A stretch of 64,000 nucleotides of DNA from an uncultured Neisseria sp. (GTDB lineage: Bacteria; Pseudomonadota; Gammaproteobacteria; Burkholderiales; Neisseriaceae), in assembly GCA_963552075.1 (NCBI GenBank), contig CAUVJL010000001.1, forward strand, positions 394 through 64,393. Reading direction: 5' to 3'. Positions 57,026 to 64,000 of this stretch are shown one piece after another (position 1 is the stretch's first letter; every line of letters starts with the position of its first letter). Made by a program: the position numbers and the translations under genes. The notes below the pieces were generated by a model. That model made no database searches, was not told the origin of the DNA, and saw only the letters and a program-made list of their open reading frames with translations.

Positions 57026-57916
57026 ATGAACAGCCCGTTTCACAACATCGGTATCGTAACCCGCCCCAATACCCCCGAAATCCAAAACACCGCCCACACC
57101 CTCATCCACTTCCTGCAGGGACACGGCCTCACCGTCTATCTGGACGATATCGGAATAGAAGAACGCTGCATCTATGTTCAAGATACCGTCGGCTGCCACA
57201 TCGTCAGCAAATCCGACTTGGGCAAACACTGCGACCTCGTCATCGTCCTCGGCGGCGACGGCACATTCCTCTCCGTCGCCCGCGAAATCGCTCCCCGCGC
57301 CGTACCCGTTATCGGCATCAACCAAGGGCATTTAGGCTTCCTCACCCAAATCCCCCGCGAAAACATGACCGAAGAGCTGCTGCCCGTCCTCGAAGGCAAA
57401 TACCTGCCCGAAGAGCGCATCCTCATCGAAGCCGCCCTCGTCCGCGACGGACAAACCTTCCACCGCGCCCTCGCCCTCAACGACGCCGTCCTCTCGCGCG
57501 GCGGTGCCGGACAAATGATAGAGTTCGAAGTCTTCATCAACCAAGAATTCGTCTATACCCAGCGCTCCGACGGCCTCATCGTCTCCACCCCCACCGGCTC
57601 CACCGCCTACTCCCTTGCCGCCGGCGGCCCCATCATGCAGGCAGGATTGCACGCCTTCACGCTCGTGCCCATCTGCCCCCAATCCATGACCAACCGCCCC
57701 ATCGCCATCCCCGACACCTCCGAAATCGAAATCCTCGTTACCCAAAGCGGCGATGCCCGCGTCCATTTCGACGGACAATCCTTCATCGACGTACAAAACC
57801 TCGACCGCATCATCATCCGCCGCTACCACAACCCCCTGCGCATCCTCCATCCCACCGACTACCAATACTTCCGAACCCTGCGCCAAAAACTCCACTGGGG
57901 CGAACAGCTCGTATAA
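57026..57916 (+). CDS. nadK: NAD(+) kinase
   Basis: GGDGT motif (VLGGDGTFLS) and the NDAV and TPTGSTAYSLAAGGPI blocks. Start chosen at MNSPFHNIGIV. Confidence 0.92.
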   Translation: MNSPFHNIGIVTRPNTPEIQNTAHTLIHFLQGHGLTVYLDDIGIEERCIYVQDTVGCHIVSKSDLGKHCDLVIVLGGDGTFLSVAREIAPRAVPVIGINQGHLGFLTQIPRENMTEELLPVLEGKYLPEERILIEAALVRDGQTFHRALALNDAVLSRGGAGQMIEFEVFINQEFVYTQRSDGLIVSTPTGSTAYSLAAGGPIMQAGLHAFTLVPICPQSMTNRPIAIPDTSEIEILVTQSGDARVHFDGQSFIDVQNLDRIIIRRYHNPLRILHPTDYQYFRTLRQKLHWGEQLV

Positions 57917-57921
57917 ACGCA

Positions 57922-57965
57922 AAAGGTCGTCTGAAACCCAATTGCCCAGTTTTCAGACGACCTCA
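57922..57965. terminator. DUS-pair hairpin terminator
   Basis: AGGTCGTCTGAA at 57924-57935 and TTCAGACGACCT at 57952-57963. Confidence 0.7.
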
Positions 57966-58072
57966 TCAACCCACAAACCCTTCCCCCATTCCCAAACCAA
58001 CGCCATCCCTATCTAACAACAAACAGACAACCTAAACCACGCATCCGCCCTTTATCACAAACGTCCCCAATC

Positions 58073-58303
58073 ATGAACCGACAAAAAACCTACCTCCTGC
58101 TGACCGCCCTTTTCACCCTGATTTTCATCGCACTCATCATGCTCGGCGGCTACCTGCTTTCCATCCAAAGCAAACAATTCGCCGTCGCCGCCTTCCTGTT
58201 CGCCTTCGGCGCCGTCTTCGCCCAAATCGGCAGCCTCGCCCTCTACATCCGCCATAAGGCCCGCGCCCAAATTATGCGCGAGCAACAAACCGAATCCCGT
58301 TAA
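58073..58303 (+). CDS. small hypothetical membrane protein (76 aa, 2 TM)
   Basis: Hydrophobic ORF ending 10 nt before the rdgB start. No family recognised. Confidence 0.4.
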   Translation: MNRQKTYLLLTALFTLIFIALIMLGGYLLSIQSKQFAVAAFLFAFGAVFAQIGSLALYIRHKARAQIMREQQTESR

Positions 58304-58312
58304 GGAAAACCC

Positions 58313-58906
58313 ATGTTCGACAAAATCGTCCTCGCCAGCGGCAATGCAGGCAAACTCAAAGAATTTTCCCGCCTCTTCGCCGGTTTGAACATCGAAGTCC
58401 TGCCGCAATCCCAGTTCGACACACCCGAATGCCCCGAGCCGTACCACACCTTCGTCGAAAACGCGCTCGCCAAAGCCCGCCACGCCGCACGCCACAGCGG
58501 TCTACCAGCGCTCGCCGATGACTCCGGCATCTGCGCCGCCGCATTAAACGGCGCACCCGGCGTCCTCTCCGCCCGCTATGCCGGAGCAAATCCCAAATCC
58601 GATGCCGCCAACAACAAACGCCTTTCAGACGACCTCGCCGACCAAGCCGACAAAAGCTGCCACTACGTCTGCGTCCTCGTCCTCGTCCGCCACGAAAACG
58701 ACCCGCAGCCCATCATCGCCGAAGGCATCTGGCGCGGACAATGGCAGGCAGAAGCCGCAGGGGCCAACGGCTTCGGCTACGACCCGCATTTCTACCTGCC
58801 CGAACACAACTGCACCGCCGCCGAGCTTGACCCCGAAATCAAAAACGCCGAAAGCCACAGGGGGCAGGCGTTGCGGGAATTGTTGAAAAAAATCGAAGCC
58901 CTCTGA
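58313..58906 (+). CDS. rdgB: XTP/dITP diphosphatase (non-canonical purine NTP pyrophosphatase RdgB)
   Basis: VLASGNAGKLKEF, LADDSG, FGYDP and ESHRGQA blocks of the Ham1/RdgB family. Confidence 0.92.
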   Translation: MFDKIVLASGNAGKLKEFSRLFAGLNIEVLPQSQFDTPECPEPYHTFVENALAKARHAARHSGLPALADDSGICAAALNGAPGVLSARYAGANPKSDAANNKRLSDDLADQADKSCHYVCVLVLVRHENDPQPIIAEGIWRGQWQAEAAGANGFGYDPHFYLPEHNCTAAELDPEIKNAESHRGQALRELLKKIEAL

Positions 58907-58915
58907 ACAACAAAA

Positions 58916-58955
58916 ACGTCGTCTGAAAACCCGCCACGCCGTTTTCAGACGACGT
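58916..58955. terminator. DUS-like pair hairpin (ACGTCGTCTGAA / TTCAGACGACGT)
   Basis: Inverted 12-mers at 58916-58927 and 58944-58955. Confidence 0.65.
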
Positions 58956-59172
58956 TTTCCATCCCGTTTATCCGTAAAACGCACCACCAAAGGAACAAAA
59001 CTTATAAAATTTTTTCAAAAACTTATAATATCCAAAAAACAGCAAATATCCTTACTCAAAAATCCCCATCATAAAAACATAAAACACATTCTACAAACCA
59101 CTCCTTGAAGTATTGATTACCGTCCTCACCCGATGGAGCGCCTGTTATAAAGACAATACAAGGAGTCATCAC

Positions 59173-62100
59173 ATGAGAAACTACCCCTTCAAAACCATCG
59201 TCGCCTGCCTCAGTATTTTGTGGCACAGCCCGCACCTGTGGGCAGCAGATGCGGTTGCACCCGACACCGCCGTCCTCGACACTATCGAAGTCCGCGGCAA
59301 ACGCCTGACCCAAGACCAGAAAGGCGAAGCGCAGCAATACAGCAAAAACGTCTCCAACGCCTATCTCGGCAAAGAATACCTCGAACGCTACCGCCCCGAC
59401 GCCGCCGGCGACATCCTCAAGGGGCTCAACGGCGTGTACAACATGAATACGCGCAATGCGGGCAGCGCGATTACGCCCAGTATCCGCGGCATCGCCGGAA
59501 AAGGCCGTATCCCCGTAACGATTGATGGAACGGAACAGACCGTCGACGTATGGATGAACAATTACGGCGTTGCCGACAGAAACTATGTCGATCCCGCCCT
59601 GTTCCGCAGTATTGCGGTAGAAAAAGGGCCGTCGATGACTCGAGGTATCAAATCGGGCGTAGGCGGTTCGGTCGCCATTCAAACCATCGAGCCGGAAGAC
59701 ATTGTTCCAGAAGGGAAAAAATGGGGTATTCAGATAAAAGGCAGTTTTTCGGGCAATACAGCCAAGCCCCGCGTTGATAATTTGCAATACCTCGGTGTGG
59801 AAGACTACCGCACCATTCCGGGCAGGCCGACGGCAGACGGGGCGGCGGGCGCGGTTGCCGGAACGTTGGAGCCTTATCAGGCACTCGATTTCCAAGAGAA
59901 AAACCCGCCGCGCAGCCGCAGCAGCAAAATCGGCAATTTCAAAGACGACCGCTCAGGCATGGTTTCGGCGGCGTTTAAAACCGATATTTCAGACGGCCTG
60001 ATTGCTTACAGCGACCGCAAAAAAGGCAATTACTTCAGCGGCAAACGCGGGGCGGGCGGTTATCTGAACAATCCGGAATACGACCCCGACAATGCGGATT
60101 TCGGCAATACGGGCGCGACCATGATACCGAACATGGCGAAGCTCTACCGCCCCGGCGAAGAAGTGTTCAACAGCAACGTGGCGAGCAAAAGCCTGCTGCT
60201 GAAAAACAACTGGTATCTGCCCAACAATCAGAAAATCAGCCTCGGCCATATGCGCACCCGCGTCCGTTTCGGCGAAAACAACCCCTTTTACAACGCCATA
60301 CTGCTGGGTTTCAGCAACGAGTTCAACTTCACCGGCAGGCCGCCGCTGGTCATACCTGCGCAAACGCTCAATTCCACCATTGACACCAAAAGCCATAAAA
60401 TCGGCTACGAATGGAAGCCCGAAGGCAGCCGCTGGATAGACTTGCAAGCGAATATCTGGCGCACCCAAACCACCGGTTCCCGCCATCAAAGCGGCGGGCC
60501 GGATTTGGCCGTTACCTACGGCGATCAGGAATACGACAAGTGGGCCAACTGCTTTGTCCACAATAAAATTCCCAACGAATTCATCGGCAGGCACATCAGC
60601 GAAGGCATAGGCTGCCGCGAGCTGGTTGCCGAAGGTTTGGTTCCTGCCGAAGAGCCGAAAGATCCGCCTCCTGTACCCGGTGCATACCGCGTCAAATCAG
60701 GCGTGGAACAGCGTACCCGCGCCACCCGTACCGGCGCCGACATCAGCAACCGCATGCGCCTGAGCGACAAGCTCGCCATGACCCTCTCCGCCAACGTCCA
60801 ATATGAAAAACTGGACGAATCCAACCGAATCACCAACAACGACAAAGATATCTTCGACATCATCGGTGCCGCCACAGCCGCCACAGCCGTTGCCGGCCCG
60901 AGGGCGGGACGCCGCCACGAATGGGGGGCGGGAGTCGCTTTTGACTGGCAGGCGACCGACCGCCTGAACATTCAGGCAGGCATACGCTACGACAAATTCT
61001 GGGCTTACGACGATGCCTTGGCGAAAGCAAGGCGGGCGAGAAAAGATCCGTTTTATTCCGTCGATTTGCAAGGAGGGAAAAGCTCGGACGGCTACATACT
61101 CGGCAGCTATATCCCCTATTACGAACTGATTGCCAATAAAGAAGAAGCGGACGATGTGCGGAAAATCCTGAGAACCGAAGATGTTGACGAGTCAAATCGT
61201 CTGATAAACGAATTCCGCCACAAATACGGTTATGACTATAACGATAAAGGATATTCGATTAACGGAGAAAGGCAGACCGGCGAAGTCATCTATGCCAACG
61301 CAAACGGCGACAACCCACAGGTAGATAACCCGTCCTTCAACCACGACGAAGCCGTTTACCGGCAAAAAGAAATCTATACACCCTATATCGACGGCAAATA
61401 TCAAGGGCCGGTTTTCGCGCAAGGGCAATTTGACGAAAAAGTAAACAATCCGCAGGGATTGCAAGGCAGCTATTTCAAATATTTAACCAATGCGGCAATA
61501 GATGATGTTAAAACACCCTATCTGCAAAAAAAAGAGCGGGCGACTACGATGGGCAGTACCGGCGGTCACCGCCTCTATAAAAAACCCGCCAACGAAGACG
61601 AAGTATGGCCCATGCCCAAACACCTGAAAGCCAGCGCATGGTCGCCTGTCATCGCCGTCAGCTACGATTTGACCGACAACAGCCGCCTGTTCGCCCGCTT
61701 CGCGCAGGCGACCCGTTTCCCCAGCATTTACGAAGCAACCACCACCAACGTCAACCTGCTGGAAGCCTACAATACCGAATTCAACCTGAAGCCCGAACGC
61801 AGCACCAACTGGGAAGCAGGCTATTCCTTCAATTTCGCGCCCTATTGGCAGCGGCTGAAACACGGCAACATCCGCCTAACCTACTACAGCAACACCATCA
61901 AAAACGCCATTGACATTACCGAAAACAAAAACCTGACCCAATACGACAAGAAACAAACCAGCGGCATCGAGTTGCAAAGCCGTATCGACAGCGGCAAATG
62001 GTTTGCCTCGTTCGGCGCAAACTACCGCTTAAAGCAGCGTACCTGCGACAAATCGACCGCCTTCAACTACGACGTCTATAACAACCGCATTCCCGAATGT

Positions 62101-62484
62101 ATCGACGGCGGCTTCGGTGCCACCCGTTTCTATCAAACCATGCAGCCGAAATACTCGCTCAACCTCGATGTTGGCACCCGCCGCTTCAACAACAGGCTGG
62201 AACTGGGCATGCGCGGCATCTACCACAGCACCGTCGATACCGACCAACAGGACGAACTGGCGCGTCAGGGCTTGGCGCGGATTATGCAGGCATCGGGCCG
62301 CCCCTACCACTGGCGTTCCGCCTTGGTATTGGACGCTTACGGACGCTACAACTTCGGCAAAAACCTGAGCATGAACTTCAGCGTCAGCAACCTCACCAAC
62401 CGCTACTACCTCGACCCGATGTCCAACGTCCCCATCCCCGCACCGGGACGGGCGGTTACCGTCGGGTTTACAGGCAAATTCTGA
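59173..62484 (+). CDS. TonB-dependent outer membrane receptor, unusually large (1103 aa)
   Basis: AGGAG RBS. Signal peptide ending HLWAADA. Plug (IEVRGKR...IRGIAGKGRIPVTIDGTEQ). C-terminal barrel ending ...RAVTVGFTGKF. Confidence 0.88.
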   Translation: MRNYPFKTIVACLSILWHSPHLWAADAVAPDTAVLDTIEVRGKRLTQDQKGEAQQYSKNVSNAYLGKEYLERYRPDAAGDILKGLNGVYNMNTRNAGSAITPSIRGIAGKGRIPVTIDGTEQTVDVWMNNYGVADRNYVDPALFRSIAVEKGPSMTRGIKSGVGGSVAIQTIEPEDIVPEGKKWGIQIKGSFSGNTAKPRVDNLQYLGVEDYRTIPGRPTADGAAGAVAGTLEPYQALDFQEKNPPRSRSSKIGNFKDDRSGMVSAAFKTDISDGLIAYSDRKKGNYFSGKRGAGGYLNNPEYDPDNADFGNTGATMIPNMAKLYRPGEEVFNSNVASKSLLLKNNWYLPNNQKISLGHMRTRVRFGENNPFYNAILLGFSNEFNFTGRPPLVIPAQTLNSTIDTKSHKIGYEWKPEGSRWIDLQANIWRTQTTGSRHQSGGPDLAVTYGDQEYDKWANCFVHNKIPNEFIGRHISEGIGCRELVAEGLVPAEEPKDPPPVPGAYRVKSGVEQRTRATRTGADISNRMRLSDKLAMTLSANVQYEKLDESNRITNNDKDIFDIIGAATAATAVAGPRAGRRHEWGAGVAFDWQATDRLNIQAGIRYDKFWAYDDALAKARRARKDPFYSVDLQGGKSSDGYILGSYIPYYELIANKEEADDVRKILRTEDVDESNRLINEFRHKYGYDYNDKGYSINGERQTGEVIYANANGDNPQVDNPSFNHDEAVYRQKEIYTPYIDGKYQGPVFAQGQFDEKVNNPQGLQGSYFKYLTNAAIDDVKTPYLQKKERATTMGSTGGHRLYKKPANEDEVWPMPKHLKASAWSPVIAVSYDLTDNSRLFARFAQATRFPSIYEATTTNVNLLEAYNTEFNLKPERSTNWEAGYSFNFAPYWQRLKHGNIRLTYYSNTIKNAIDITENKNLTQYDKKQTSGIELQSRIDSGKWFASFGANYRLKQRTCDKSTAFNYDVYNNRIPECIDGGFGATRFYQTMQPKYSLNLDVGTRRFNNRLELGMRGIYHSTVDTDQQDELARQGLARIMQASGRPYHWRSALVLDAYGRYNFGKNLSMNFSVSNLTNRYYLDPMSNVPIPAPGRAVTVGFTGKF

Positions 62485-62500
62485 CGGGGCAATGCTTGAA

Positions 62501-62527
62501 AGGTCGTCTGAAAATTTCAGACGACCT
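62501..62527. terminator. DUS-pair hairpin terminator
   Basis: AGGTCGTCTGAA at 62501-62512 and TTCAGACGACCT at 62516-62527. Confidence 0.7.
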
Positions 62528-62530
62528 CTC

Positions 62531-62654
62531 CAACAAAAGCTGTTATGATGCCTGCGTTTCTGCCTGCCACGAAAACGACCCGCAACCCATGATTCCCAAA
62601 AGCCTCAGGGGGGCAGGAGTTACGGGAATTGATGAAAAAATCAAAGCCTTATAA
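62531..62654 (+). pseudogene. rdgB: decayed duplicate of the rdgB 3' end
   Basis: Reads ...KSCYDACVSACHENDPQPMIPKSLRGAGVTGIDEKIKAL*, against intact rdgB ...KSCHYVCVLVLVRHENDPQPIIAEG...SHRGQALRELLKKIEAL*. Nucleotide similarity is visible, and about 135 bp is deleted internally. Confidence 0.65.
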
Positions 62655-62663
62655 ATCGATGAT

Positions 62664-62701
62664 AGGTCGTCTGAAAACCCGAAATGCTTTTTCAGACGAC
62701 C
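62664..62701. terminator. DUS-pair hairpin
   Basis: AGGTCGTCTGAA at 62664-62675 and TTCAGACGACC at 62691-62701. Confidence 0.65.
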
Positions 62702-62729
62702 CAAACCCACCACATCACGAAAGAAACTC

Positions 62730-63239
62730 ATGTCGCCTAAGCAAATCCTGATTGCCGCCATCCGTTTGATCGTTTTAATCGGTATTGTACAAACGCTCAG
62801 CAGCATCGTTACCATATTTGCCCAGTCTGGAAGCGAATATAACAGCGCACAACTCCTGTTGCCGCTATCCATCTACGGCTTTTATTTGGCCGCATGGCTG
62901 CTTGTATGGTGTTTCCCTGCCACCATTGCCAACCGCCTGCTGCCCCAACATCTGCAAACCGCACAGGAGCCTCCCAAACACCCTGCGCCATGGATGATGA
63001 CCGGTATTGTTTTGATCGGCATATACACTCTTTCCCAAGCCATACCCGAACTGATTTACTTGTTCTCTATTTATCGTTTTACACAATCTATCTCTACCGA
63101 CACGCAGACATCCATTTGGGCGAATCTCGGCACGCAAAACCAAGCCGGTATATTCGCCAGCACCGCCCAATTCCTTATCGGGATTTTCCTACTGTTCGGC
63201 GCGCCCAAACTCTCTTCTTGGATTCGCAAAAGACTTTAA
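62730..63239 (+). CDS. hypothetical membrane protein (169 aa, about 4-5 TM)
   Basis: Hydrophobic ORF bounded by DUS hairpins. No family recognised. Confidence 0.5.
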   Translation: MSPKQILIAAIRLIVLIGIVQTLSSIVTIFAQSGSEYNSAQLLLPLSIYGFYLAAWLLVWCFPATIANRLLPQHLQTAQEPPKHPAPWMMTGIVLIGIYTLSQAIPELIYLFSIYRFTQSISTDTQTSIWANLGTQNQAGIFASTAQFLIGIFLLFGAPKLSSWIRKRL

Positions 63240-63254
63240 CGACATAAAGGCAAA

Positions 63255-63283
63255 AGGTCGTCTGAAAAAATTTCAGACGACCT
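63255..63283. terminator. DUS-pair hairpin terminator
   Basis: AGGTCGTCTGAA at 63255-63266 and TTCAGACGACCT at 63272-63283. Confidence 0.7.
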
Positions 63284-63317
63284 GAGATTGTCCTTGTGCC
63301 GAAAGAAAACTGAATTT

Positions 63318-64000
63318 ATGGCCCATTCCCGTCATCAACCTTTGAAACTGCTCTTGCTGCCCTTTATTCCGCTGATGAAAACCATCCGTTTGATATTGTC
63401 GTCTATAGTAGCTTTATCATTAATCCTGTTACTGTTTATTTCTAAAACTTTGTTGTTTGTCTCAAAGCCTTTTCTGCCCGTCATTGTCGTTTTGTGGCGT
63501 TTATTGATGTGGCTGATGTTCCCTTTATTTTTTATCTGTTTGTTTATTTACACAATGTTCCGCCCATTAAAAAATCATGAAACACTTTTCCGGCATTGGA
63601 TGGATGTCATTTACCGCGACCGCCCGGAAGCCGTTGGCATCATTATCGAAAATATCTATCAAGACTTAAGAGAAGAAGATGAAGACGGGGAAAATAATAC
63701 GCAGGAAGAAAATAACGAAACCGCCGTATTTAAAAATCTCTTAACAGAAGGCTTCATCCTACACAATAACCTCGAAGACTACGCACATCTGTTTTCCGTT
63801 GATTGGAAAGACGGGGAAGGTTTTATTGACTGCATCGCAGAAATGGCGCAACGTTTTAATGTCGTCCTGAATTGGACCGAACAGCAGCTTGAAGAAGATC
63901 TGCCCGATGAGCTGGCAAGGGCTGTATATCCCTTATTTGAAGCCGCCGAGGCGGTACTTTATAGTGCAGACACGGGAAGCGACTACTACACCTTTATCAT
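63318..64000 (+). CDS. hypothetical membrane protein with acidic cytoplasmic domain; 3' end outside window
   Basis: Not in the ORF track because it has no stop in the window. My translation is MAHSRHQPLKLLLLPFIPLMKTIRLILSSIVALSLILLLF...FSVDWKDGEGFIDCIAEMAQRFNVVLNW...DTGSDYYTFI. Open to base 64000. Confidence 0.5.
   Translation, partial: MAHSRHQPLKLLLLPFIPLMKTIRLILSSIVALSLILLLFISKTLLFVSKPFLPVIVVLWRLLMWLMFPLFFICLFIYTMFRPLKNHETLFRHWMDVIYRDRPEAVGIIIENIYQDLREEDEDGENNTQEENNETAVFKNLLTEGFILHNNLEDYAHLFSVDWKDGEGFIDCIAEMAQRFNVVLNWTEQQLEEDLPDELARAVYPLFEAAEAVLYSADTGSDYYTFI

Noticed and set aside
59143-59160. Zur-box-like TGTTATAAAGACAATACA upstream of the large TonB-dependent receptor
   Set aside because: Only one half-site (TGTTAT) matches the neisserial Zur palindrome as I remember it. 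The second half matches 4/6 with the wrong spacing. This is too weak to call without a matrix scan.

Overview
This 64 kb window looks like Neisseria chromosomal DNA. It holds more than 40 copies (manual scan) of the 12-mer DNA uptake sequence AGGTCGTCTGAA, the 'mucosa/sicca-type' dialect. These mostly sit as inverted pairs that form terminators after genes. There are also seven Correia (CREE) elements or remnants. The backbone is housekeeping: metXW, hemB, dapC, yaaA, two tRNA-Ser, lolCD, recR, ppiD, ygfZ, cysJ, nadE, mnmC, norM, murB, nadK, rdgB. Several accessory or scarred segments interrupt it. (1) About 4.3-6.2 kb holds an intact prfH, a 5'-truncated rtcB and two further gene fragments. 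(2) About 6.2-11.15 kb is a redox/electrophile-stress island (LysR, DUF2798, DJ-1/PfpI, MarR, nitroreductase, AhpD-like, SnoaL-like). Its terminators are built from foreign DUS dialects (AAGCAGCCTGCA, AGGCTACCTGAA, AGGCTGCCTGAA) and the host dialect is absent there. (3) A GbsR-type regulator and a DoxX-like/DUF2269/SDR operon share an operator-like motif. (4) A TonB-dependent receptor lies divergent from an SbmA/YddA-type ABC transporter. (5) Low-GC single-gene insertions include an orphan lipoprotein at 40.5 kb, a tandem pair of mosaic paralogous lipoproteins at 44.9-46.5 kb, and a GIY-YIG protein between norM and murB. (6) A 1103-aa TonB-dependent receptor is bracketed by intact rdgB and a decayed second copy of the rdgB 3' end. 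I found no CRISPR array, prophage, IS transposase or rRNA. All family calls come from reading the translated ORFs by eye; no database search was run.
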